Source: Chthoniobacteraceae bacterium
GTDB taxonomy: Bacteria; Verrucomicrobiota; Verrucomicrobiia; Chthoniobacterales; Chthoniobacteraceae
NCBI GenBank assembly: GCA_040081625.1
Contig: JBEBGD010000012.1
Span: forward strand, 26,533 to 90,532
DNA length: 64,000 nt
Direction of reading: 5' to 3'
This document shows positions 29,201 to 36,120 of the stretch, piece after piece. How positions within the stretch are numbered: position 1 is the first letter of the stretch; each line of letters starts with the position of its first letter. The notes under the pieces are model-generated. The model was not told where the DNA came from. It saw nothing but the letters and a program-made list of their open reading frames with translations, and did not search any database. Made by a program: the position numbers and the translations under genes.

Positions 29201-31505
29201 CGTTGTCGTGCGCATTCATCGCGACGCCGAAGTAAAGCGTCGCCGGCATCGCGATGGTCTGGCTGCCATACTCGGTCCACGTCACGCCGTCGGCGCTCGT
29301 GTAGCTGGTGAAGGTGTCGCCCTTGCGCGCGAGCCGCAGCCAGCCGTTGGGATAGCTGATCATGTGCGTCCCCGCCGCCGGATAAGTCGCGACCGTGTTG
29401 CCGCCCGTGGTGGTGCGGTAGTGATCCTCGTAGCCGCTCGTATTCGCGCCGCGCGCGGCATTCGTCGCCCAGGCGAAGATGAAGTAGTGGCGCGAGTTCG
29501 CGTCGAGGGACTCGCGCGCCATCAGGCCGAACTTCGAGTAGAGCACCACGGGCGTGAACGACGTGGCCCGCATCGAAATGTCGAAGTCGCCCGTGCGTTG
29601 CTGATGCGCGAAGTGGAACTGATCGCTCGCGCCCCAGATGTCCGCGCCGCCGCCGGTCAGCGTCAGCGTGTTGCCGCCCGGCGTGGTGCTACCCGCGACG
29701 CCCGGCCCGCCGATGTCCGCGCCGGTGAACGCGCCGACCGGCGGAATCGCGATCGGCACCGCCTCGGTGATCGCTTCGTTGATGAGGTCCGCGTCGCTGT
29801 TGTCCGCGCGCCATTTGTAAGTCGCGCCATACACGCCGCCCGACGCCATCTTCACGATCACGCGCGTCTCGAGCCGCTTCTGCACCGACGGATTCGTGTC
29901 GTCGGTGCCGATGTTGAAATGCTTCACCGCGATGCTCCCCGTCGGGAAATTCCAGTCGCCCGTCGCGCCGAAGCCGATCGTGCTGCCCGTCGGCACCGTG
30001 ACCCAGCGCGACTTGATCGCCTTGTCCGACCAGAACGGCGCATTGATCGCATACGGGATCAGCTTCGTGCTCGGCGTGAGCGCGGCGAGGTCGCTGAAAA
30101 GCCCCGTTGCGCCAAGCGTCGGCGGCAGCGGCGTGCTCGGCGTGCCGCCGGCTTGTAGTTTCAAAATCTTCCCCACCGTGCTGCTGAGCCGGCAAAGATA
30201 CAGCTCGCCATCGCTGTCCACGCCCCAGCTCGAAACGTTCGTGTAGTTCGAGCCGCTGTTCGGCCCAGGGCCGTTCGGCACCGTCGTGAGCAGCGTCTTC
30301 GTCGCGGGCGTCGTGCCCTCATTCATCACCCACACTTTGCCGGTGATGTTGTCGGCGAAGAGATACTTGCCTTGCAACTCCGGGAACGCCGCGCCGCGAT
30401 ACACGTAGCCGCCGATGATCGCGCTGCCTTCGCTGTGCGAGTAGTCGAGCACCGGACGCTTGTTCACGCCGATGTAGGGCTGCGTAAGATCGCCGTTGAA
30501 ACCCTCGATCCTGTCCCACTGGAAGTTCAGCCCCGTCTCGCCCGGCTCGATGATATCGACTTCCTCACGAGAGCCCCCGCCCACGTCGGAGATGAAGATG
30601 CGCCCGCTCGGCGGGTCGTAAGTCATCCGATGCGGACTGCGCAGGCCGAGCGCGAAGAACTCCTCGTTCACGCCCGACTGCCCGACGAACGGGTTCGAGT
30701 TCGGGATGAAATAGTTCTGCGTCGTCACGCCCGTGGGCACACGCACCGGCGCGTGGCTGATGCTCCCGCCGCGCTTGTCCACATCCACGCGGAAGACGCC
30801 GCCGAGCAGCTTGTTGTTGATCATCTGCGCGTTGGGGCCATTCGCATCCTCGCCGTCGGTCCAGTAGAGGAAGCCGTTCACGGGGTGAAAGAACATGCCG
30901 CTCCCGTTGTGCCACGTATTCGTCGCCGCCTGGTCCATGATGATCGTCTCCGAGCCCGCGAGCGCGACGCCATTCGCATCCAACTCGAAGCGCGAGATGC
31001 GATCGCGCATCGCGTTGATGATGTTGTTCGGCCGCGTCGTCGGATTGCCCACGACCGTGCCGGGCGGCACCCATTCGTAGAAGACGAAGACGTAGCGATT
31101 CGTCCCCGGCGCGCCGCTGAGATCGAACTGCGGATGGAACACGAGGTTCATCATCCCCGAGTCATCCCAGCCCTGGCACCGGTCCGAGATGTCGAGCGCG
31201 AGCGTCTTCGTCGCCGTCGTGCTCGCCTTGTCGAAGATGTAAGCGCGCCCCTCGCGCTCGAAGACGAACATCTTCTCCTGTCCCGGCATCTGGAGGATGC
31301 CCATCGGGTTCACGAAAGTGAGATTCGGATACGCATCCACCGCCGTGAACGTGCCGACCACCGGCGGCGTCGGCGGGAATGCGCCGTCGAAGTAAGCCGC
31401 CACCGTCGGCCGCGACGTGAGCCCATACGATTGCGCGCGACCTTCGCCAGCAAAGGTGAGCGCGAGAATACAGGCGATGGGGAGAAACGATTTTGCGAAG
31501 CGCAC
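26202..31505 (-). CDS. Secreted PQQ-type sugar dehydrogenase-cytochrome c fusion with an inserted lectin-like domain, Ig-like, malectin-like, PA14, galactose-binding-like and FN3 domains, ~1767 aa
   Basis: Probable GTG start at 31505 (signal peptide ..LPIACILALTFAGEGRA). WHNGSGMFFHP, GLRSPHRM, AIIGGYVYRG. CTSCH (29112-29126) and CANCH (28866-28880), QMPP. PA14 motif DNFSARWRG..DDGVRLWVNG; C-terminal RFYRILIGQ. Confidence 0.85.
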   Translation of the reverse strand: MRFAKSFLPIACILALTFAGEGRAQSYGLTSRPTVAAYFDGAFPPTPPVVGTFTAVDAYPNLTFVNPMGILQMPGQEKMFVFEREGRAYIFDKASTTATKTLALDISDRCQGWDDSGMMNLVFHPQFDLSGAPGTNRYVFVFYEWVPPGTVVGNPTTRPNNIINAMRDRISRFELDANGVALAGSETIIMDQAATNTWHNGSGMFFHPVNGFLYWTDGEDANGPNAQMINNKLLGGVFRVDVDKRGGSISHAPVRVPTGVTTQNYFIPNSNPFVGQSGVNEEFFALGLRSPHRMTYDPPSGRIFISDVGGGSREEVDIIEPGETGLNFQWDRIEGFNGDLTQPYIGVNKRPVLDYSHSEGSAIIGGYVYRGAAFPELQGKYLFADNITGKVWVMNEGTTPATKTLLTTVPNGPGPNSGSNYTNVSSWGVDSDGELYLCRLSSTVGKILKLQAGGTPSTPLPPTLGATGLFSDLAALTPSTKLIPYAINAPFWSDKAIKSRWVTVPTGSTIGFGATGDWNFPTGSIAVKHFNIGTDDTNPSVQKRLETRVIVKMASGGVYGATYKWRADNSDADLINEAITEAVPIAIPPVGAFTGADIGGPGVAGSTTPGGNTLTLTGGGADIWGASDQFHFAHQQRTGDFDISMRATSFTPVVLYSKFGLMARESLDANSRHYFIFAWATNAARGANTSGYEDHYRTTTGGNTVATYPAAGTHMISYPNGWLRLARKGDTFTSYTSADGVTWTEYGSQTIAMPATLYFGVAMNAHDNGLSATGTIELQTTRLQPWYYPSRTDCTSCHNNNAGGGFLGPNTRQFNKDFLYPSSGVTDNQLRTLNHIGMFDTTLNEANIPTYDKLAHVDQTSETLEKRARSYIDTNCANCHRPGGVPALWDARYDTPLPSQNIIYGIVNDALGLNSPRVVVPQETDRSVMHYRINRVGANQMPPIARNLVDDAGAQLIADWINSLTPNTAPVVALTAPANGANFITPNPITLTATASDADGIVRVEFYDGATLLGATTAPFTYTFNNPAVGTHTLFARAFDGVNNSTDSASVTVTVTELLGLVKAKVNFQPGASAVPAGYVADTGATYAARNGLTYGWSRDNTPDSRDREANADQRYDTFNHLQKDHGGGDVTSTWSIALPNSTYSVHVVTGEASFNDGVQAVSANGVVLTTGVPTGQNFYEATANVAVTNGVLTLAPGAGAANAKVCYVDISEVAPGGGNQLPIVNVSGTSPEFAAAGGSLKVLASASDPDGSVARVEFYANGVKFGEDFTAPYSYVRTGMPAGTYSITARAIDNAGSGAMSDPVSVSVFGASQTGLLAEYFNANDFTNFALARLDATLNFNYGNGSPDPSVVVDNFSARWRGRLLARGAGSYTLKFFADDGVRLWVNGVLVIDRWFYNAAAVTATLTLGADSLNDIRVDFNETGGPGLIQFLWSGPGFAEEVVPAANLLTPSAGAPTSALSGTIIGTEGSWENNPATTRAAVFDGDLATFFDSPNGNGDWAGLDLGSGAARTILGVRYCPRAGFANRMPGGVFQGANAADFSDAVTLFTIATAPPDNTMTGQTITNATAFRYVRYLSPNNGFCNVAEVEFLALLEAPPATPAGLVANAGNMQVGLVWNAAAGAANYNIRRGTASGGPFAAIANSATASFTDTAAGNGTTYYYVVTAVNDGGESAASNQSSATPVSPPISEAEMRPPVISMTPTDIVIGVETTVLSHTYQLQYSDTMAPNDWHDLGAPVSGDGQPVDFLIARDAAVPRRFYRILIGQ

Positions 31506-31551
31506 AACTTGGAGACGGAGGCCGACCTTACCCACAGCCGCGCAATCCACT

Positions 31552-31569
31552 ATGGCCCGAATGGACCAA
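31552..31569. promoter_or_regulatory. Palindromic operator-like site 2 (ATGGCCC-GAAT-GGACCAA), upstream of the second dehydrogenase gene
   Basis: The reverse complement TTGGTCC-ATTC-GGGCCAT matches site 1 at 16/18. A candidate -10 (TAAGGT, minus strand, 31530-31525) lies about 21 nt downstream. Confidence 0.6.
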
Positions 31570-31680
31570 TGGCCGGCCGAAGTGGCTCACGCGGCCCTCC
31601 GCGCGAATCGAAACAATGCCTGCGCCGAAAGCGCAACTCGCATCGACTTTGTAAGAACACTCCCGCCGTCCCGCCCCGCG

Positions 31681-31709
31681 TTGACGCCCCGTGCCGCCGC
31701 GTGCATCCT
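31681..31709 (+). promoter_or_regulatory. Sigma70-type promoter for a leaderless TA transcript
   Basis: TTGACG-17nt-CATCCT-6nt-ATG(31716); no Shine-Dalgarno sequence. Confidence 0.55.
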
Positions 31710-31715
31710 GCGTGC

Positions 31716-31946
31716 ATGAGCACTCTCGCCGAAATCGAAGCCGCAACGAATCTACTGCCACGGGTGGAGAAGCTGCGCTTGATGGAAACCTTGTGGGAAG
31801 AGTTGAGCCGGCGGGATGAGGAGGTGGAGTCTCCGGCCTGGCATGGAGACGCGCTGGCAGAGACGGAGCAGCGCCTGGCGGACGGGCGCGAGGAGGTGCT
31901 GGATTGGGATTGTGCGAAGGCGGAATTGCGCGGCGGCCAAGTGTGA
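31716..31946 (+). CDS. Addiction-module antitoxin component (TIGR02574-like), 76 aa
   Basis: EKLRLMETLWEEL..ESPAWH..L.E.E.R..G.E..DW..AK.EL pattern; GTGA overlap with the downstream toxin gene. Confidence 0.85.
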   Translation: MSTLAEIEAATNLLPRVEKLRLMETLWEELSRRDEEVESPAWHGDALAETEQRLADGREEVLDWDCAKAELRGGQV

Positions 31947-32251
31947 AAATCCGCATCGTCAGCGCGGCGTGTCGCGACTAGTCGGAAGGGCGTGCATCCT
32001 ATGAGCGGCAGAGTGCCGGAGTGGGCGACTACTTTCTGGATGCGCTGTTTGCCGACATTGATTCGCTCGCGCTTTACGCGGGCATCCATCGAAAGGTGTT
32101 CGGTTTTCATCGGATGCTTTCGAGGCGGTTCCCATGGGCCATTTATTATCGCTGCGAGGCGGAAGACGTCGCGGTGGTGTATCGGATCTTGGATTGCCGT
32201 CAGCACCCCAGCGGGATCCGCCGGGCATTGAGTCGCGCCGACCGGGAGTGA
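31943..32251 (+). pseudogene. RelE/ParE-family toxin interrupted by an in-frame TAG at codon 13
   Basis: From GTG 31943 the frame reads MKIRIVSAACRD*SEGRASYERQSAGVGDYFLDALFADIDSL..HRMLSRRFPWAIYY..RILDCRQHP. The stop is at 31979-31981, where RelE/ParE proteins normally have the Leu of the A..DL motif. Confidence 0.8.
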
Positions 32252-32284
32252 GCGCGCAAAGGTGGCGTGAGAAGATAGAGAAAT

Positions 32285-33814
32285 CTACCGCCCCTGCGCG
32301 CTCGTCGCGCCGTTGGCGGCCGCGTCGGCATTCCACGTCCAGCCCGGATGCCGGATGTAGGCGAGGCTTTCCTTCACCGTGAGGCCGGACTGCGCGGCGG
32401 CGCTGAACTCGGCGCGGCGCCGCTCCCACGTCGCGCGCTCGGCGTCGGTCGCGTTGTGCTTTGCGGCGTAAGGCGCGCGGTTGCCGACGAGCATCACGAG
32501 GAAACCTTCGACGCCGAAATCATTCTCCGAGCGCGGGAGGCGGTAGCGGCAGAAGCCTGTCGGGCCGTTCTCGGCGTAGAATTCGAGCAGGCCGGAGATG
32601 TTGGAAACATCGGTGTCTTCGCGACACGCGCGCCAGAACGGCGTGTCGAGCGCGGTGTTGAGCCTGTAGTGCAGCGCGAGGAAGTCGCGGATGTCCACCC
32701 AGCCCTGCCACGCGAGGTCGTTGTAGAGCGCGCGCCACGTCGGCGTCGGCGTGAGGTGCGAGCGGTTGAGCATTTCGCACAGCGCCTGCACGTGGCCGCA
32801 CACGATCATCAGCGCCGTCGCTTCGAGCGGCTCGACGAATCCGCCCGAGTTCCCGATCGCGACGACGTTCTCCACCCACAGCCGCCGGTAACAGCCCGAG
32901 CGGAACTTCACGACGCGCGGCGATTTCGGCGCGCGCGGATTCTTCCGCAGGAACTCGGCAGCGGCTTCGTCGTCGGAGATCGCGTTCGAGGAATACACGT
33001 AGCCGCGGTTCACGTGGTGCTCGTGCTCGATCTGCCACGCCCAGCCGGAGTCCATCGCCTCGGCGGTCGTGTAAGGCAGGATCGGTTCGTCGGGCTGGCG
33101 ATCCCAGCCGCCGATCACCGCGCGATCGCAGAAGAGCGACTTGTCGAAACTCACGAACGGCTCGCCGAGCGTGCGCCCGAGCAGCTCGCTGCGGAAGCCG
33201 CTGCAATCGACGAAGAAGTCCGCCTCGAGCCGGCGCCCGTCTTCGAGATGCACCGCCGCGATGCCGCCCTCGGGCAGGCGGTCGCTGCCGGTGACCTTGC
33301 CATCAATGATCTCCACGCCCTGCTCGCGCGCGATGAGTTCGAGCACATCGACGAACTTCTTGTTCTCGATGTGAAACGCGTGCCAGCCCTGGATGTCCGG
33401 GCAGCCGTTGGCCTGCCGCGGAAACGCCTTGCCGTGCCACATCAGCGCGCTCGGCACGCTCGCGCAGCGGAACTCGTCGTCGCAGTAGTAGCCGTTCGGC
33501 ATCGTGAGATCGCTCCACTGCTTGTCGAGCTGTTGATCGAAAGTGTAATCGAACCGCCCGCGCGCCCCCCACAGGAACCGGATGCCGAGTTTCCACGTCG
33601 GCTCCGCGAGTTCGTAGAAACGCTTCCGGTTGATCCCGAGAAACTCGAACAGGTGCCGCGGAAAATTCGGCGTTGTCCCTTCGCCCACGCCGATCACGCC
33701 CAGCTCCGGGCTGCGCACGACACGGATGTCGAGCTGCGGAATCTTCCGCTTGAGCGAAAGCGCAGCGATCAGGCCGGCGCTGCCCGCGCCGAGAATCAGG
33801 AGGGACTTGATCAT
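32285..33814 (-). CDS. Flavin-dependent halogenase (tryptophan halogenase family), ~509 aa
   Basis: Start ATG 33814. GAGSAG FAD motif, IGVGEGT, catalytic-Lys motif TWKLGIRF, FVDCSGFR, WAWQIE (variant of WxWxIP), GFVEPLEAT. Confidence 0.9.
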   Translation of the reverse strand: MIKSLLILGAGSAGLIAALSLKRKIPQLDIRVVRSPELGVIGVGEGTTPNFPRHLFEFLGINRKRFYELAEPTWKLGIRFLWGARGRFDYTFDQQLDKQWSDLTMPNGYYCDDEFRCASVPSALMWHGKAFPRQANGCPDIQGWHAFHIENKKFVDVLELIAREQGVEIIDGKVTGSDRLPEGGIAAVHLEDGRRLEADFFVDCSGFRSELLGRTLGEPFVSFDKSLFCDRAVIGGWDRQPDEPILPYTTAEAMDSGWAWQIEHEHHVNRGYVYSSNAISDDEAAAEFLRKNPRAPKSPRVVKFRSGCYRRLWVENVVAIGNSGGFVEPLEATALMIVCGHVQALCEMLNRSHLTPTPTWRALYNDLAWQGWVDIRDFLALHYRLNTALDTPFWRACREDTDVSNISGLLEFYAENGPTGFCRYRLPRSENDFGVEGFLVMLVGNRAPYAAKHNATDAERATWERRRAEFSAAAQSGLTVKESLAYIRHPGWTWNADAAANGATSAQGR

Positions 33815-33848
33815 GCGCAAGAGACGCGCCGACGGGCCTGCGATGGCA

Positions 33849-33866
33849 ATAGCCAATTCAGGCCAC
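33849..33866. promoter_or_regulatory. Palindromic operator-like site 3 (ATAGCCA-ATTC-AGGCCAC), upstream of the halogenase
   Basis: Same 7-4-7 geometry and ATTC spacer as site 1. It abuts a TTGCCA -35-like hexamer that begins 35 nt before the ATG. Confidence 0.5.
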
Positions 33867-33874
33867 GCACCGCT

Positions 33875-35905
33875 TTACGTTTCCGTCGCCGGCAGCGGCC
33901 ACTCGAAGACGATGCGCGTTCCGGCGGTGGAGCTGGCGTCGATGCGGCAGTCGCCGCCGATCTCGGCCATGCGCTCGCGCATGTTGCGGAGGCCGTTTGA
34001 ATCAGCCTCAACTTCGCTTTGCTGAAAACCGCGGCCGTCGTCGCGCACACTCGCGCGCAACACACCGCCGTTCATCTCGACGTTCAGCCACACGGTGCTC
34101 GCGCCGGCGTGCTTTACGACGTTGTTGAGCGCCTCGCGCACGACGAGAAAAAGATGGTGGCGCACGTTCGAGCCGAGCGGCAGCGGCGGGAGATCGTGCG
34201 GGATCTCCACCTTCGCGGCGATGCCGCTGCTGGTGAGAAATCGCACGGCGAATTTGTCGAGATACTCGATGAGCGACGCGAGCGTGTCGTGGCGCGGATT
34301 CACGGCCCAGACGATCTGGTCGAGCGATTCGATCGTGTCGCGCGCGACGGCGGAGATTTCCTCGGCATGGCCGGCCACGGCGCCGGGCGGATCGAGCTTC
34401 ACGAGCTGGCTGGAGATGCTGATCTGCGTGAGGTTCGCGCCGAGCTGGTCGTGCATGTCGCGCGCGAGCCGGCTGCGCTCCGCGAGCACGGCCTCGGATG
34501 CGCGCCGCTGCGCCGCGCGTTCGCGCCTGCGCTGGGCGTGCAGCCGTCCCAGCGCGCCGAGCATGATGCCGACGATCGCGCCGGAACCGATGAGCACGTT
34601 GCGCGTCGTCCACGGGCTCGGCAGCGCGAGCACCTCCACGTCGCGTCCGGTGCGCAGGCGGATGAAGAGTTTGTCCGGCACCTGGATGGGCTGGAATTCC
34701 CGCGACGCGGTGATCTGCGCGATGCCGGTGACGCGCAGGCGCGAGCCCGGCCGGAGTCTCGGCAGCCCTTCCACGGTGGCCGCATGGCAGCGGAAGATGG
34801 TCGCGCCATCGCGCATTTCGAGGGTCACGCCATCGGTCCCGCGCACCGATTCGAGCAACTCGGCTTCGACCGAGACGAGCTCCGCCTCGTAGCGCGCGTC
34901 GCACGCCGCCGTCGCCGTCACCGACAGCGGCGCCGGCTCTTCCACCCATCCGACCACACCCGCCTCCCGCGCCTGCACGAACGGTCGCGTCGCGCCCATG
35001 CGCGGCCAGCCATCGACCGTGACTTTCGAGCCCGCGCGCACGTCGTGCAATTGGGTCGTCGCCACCCACAGCGCACCGCTCGCGGTGCGGAGAAAAATGC
35101 CGCGTCCCGGGAGAGCCATGGTCGCCACACCATGCACGCTCACCAAGTCCGTCGGCTTCGGCCCGTTCACTTGCAAGAGCTCGTCCGCGCGCGTGATTCG
35201 CGGCGCCTCGCCGGGAGGCGGGCCCGGCTGGAGAGTCGTGATGTCGGCAAGCGATGATACGCGCAGCAGCCGCCGCGTCATCTGCCGCTCACGATTGAAA
35301 GTCGTCGCCACCACGCCGCGCAATCGCACACGACTTCCCACCAGGTGCCACGGCGGCGCCACCGCCTGCAGCGGCCCGGCGAGGATCGCATGGAACGCGC
35401 ACGGCTCGGCAAAGCACTCGAGCACCACGGCCTCATCGGCGATGAAGACCGTGCGCACGTGTGCTTCCACCGCGACCCACTCGCAGTCCGCTCCGGGATC
35501 TTCCAGTTCCGCGCCCGAGACCGCGCGCGGCTCCGGCGGCGCACCTGCGCCGAGCACGGTCATTTCCACACTCCGGCCGTCCGGCCCGAGCACGATGTTT
35601 GCGAAATGCCCGGAATCGCTCACGCCGGCGACCTCGACGCGCGTGCCCGGCGCCAGCCGCAGCGTCGGCTCCGTCGCGCCGTAAGCCACGTAAATGCCGC
35701 CGGTATCATCGGCGATGAACGTGGCCGTCCGCTCCGGCTCCGAGTAGGTCACGACGCCGCGGAGCCGCACGGGCAGATGTTTCGCGGCTTGCTCGATCGG
35801 GAGCTGCCGGACGGCGAGCACCGTCGTCAGCACATCGCCTTCCGCCTGCCCCGGCGCCGCACCCGGCACCGCGAGCCAGAACGCGGCGAAAACGAGGCGC
35901 ATCAT
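33875..35905 (-). CDS. Membrane sensor histidine kinase (HisKA_3/NarX-type) with a repeated extracytoplasmic beta domain, ~676 aa
   Basis: Signal-like N-terminus MMRLVFAAFWLAVPGA. Repeated VRLRGVV motifs and a TM segment after PSPWT. H-box ARDMHDQLG, EALNNVVKHA, DDGRGF, GLRNMRER. Confidence 0.9.
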   Translation of the reverse strand: MMRLVFAAFWLAVPGAAPGQAEGDVLTTVLAVRQLPIEQAAKHLPVRLRGVVTYSEPERTATFIADDTGGIYVAYGATEPTLRLAPGTRVEVAGVSDSGHFANIVLGPDGRSVEMTVLGAGAPPEPRAVSGAELEDPGADCEWVAVEAHVRTVFIADEAVVLECFAEPCAFHAILAGPLQAVAPPWHLVGSRVRLRGVVATTFNRERQMTRRLLRVSSLADITTLQPGPPPGEAPRITRADELLQVNGPKPTDLVSVHGVATMALPGRGIFLRTASGALWVATTQLHDVRAGSKVTVDGWPRMGATRPFVQAREAGVVGWVEEPAPLSVTATAACDARYEAELVSVEAELLESVRGTDGVTLEMRDGATIFRCHAATVEGLPRLRPGSRLRVTGIAQITASREFQPIQVPDKLFIRLRTGRDVEVLALPSPWTTRNVLIGSGAIVGIMLGALGRLHAQRRRERAAQRRASEAVLAERSRLARDMHDQLGANLTQISISSQLVKLDPPGAVAGHAEEISAVARDTIESLDQIVWAVNPRHDTLASLIEYLDKFAVRFLTSSGIAAKVEIPHDLPPLPLGSNVRHHLFLVVREALNNVVKHAGASTVWLNVEMNGGVLRASVRDDGRGFQQSEVEADSNGLRNMRERMAEIGGDCRIDASSTAGTRIVFEWPLPATET

Positions 35906-36058
35906 CCTCCGCTGAGCAGTCGCGCGCGTGCTGCGCGGCGAGCGGGAGGATTCGATGGCTTGCATGACACGGGAGCGTGGCGCGCATGGGGCTTGTGTAA
36001 AGCTGCGACTCATCTGATCTCGTAACCCGGATGCGCGAGCGGTGCGCCTGCGATGCCA

Positions 36059-36076
36059 ATAGCCCGTTTGGGCCAT
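36059..36076. promoter_or_regulatory. Palindromic operator-like site 4 (ATAGCCC-GTTT-GGGCCAT), in the divergent kinase / PL1 region
   Basis: 6/7 symmetric 7-4-7 inverted repeat. It ends 10 nt before the TTGACG at 36087. Confidence 0.6.
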
Positions 36077-36086
36077 CGGCGCTCCT

Positions 36087-36115
36087 TTGACGCTCCGGCC
36101 CTCGCGCACTCCGCT
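36087..36115 (+). promoter_or_regulatory. Candidate sigma70 promoter for a leaderless PL1 transcript
   Basis: TTGACG-17nt-TCCGCT-5nt-GTG(36121); the -10 is weak. Confidence 0.4.
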
Positions 36116-36120
36116 CCCGC

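Noticed and set aside
31979..31981. Pyrrolysine or recoded TAG in the toxin
   Set aside because: Other genes here use TAG as a normal stop, and no pyl genes are seen; a nonsense mutation is simpler.
32285..33814. Halogenase as part of a natural-product gene cluster
   Set aside because: No scaffold-forming enzymes or precursor peptide were recognised in the window.
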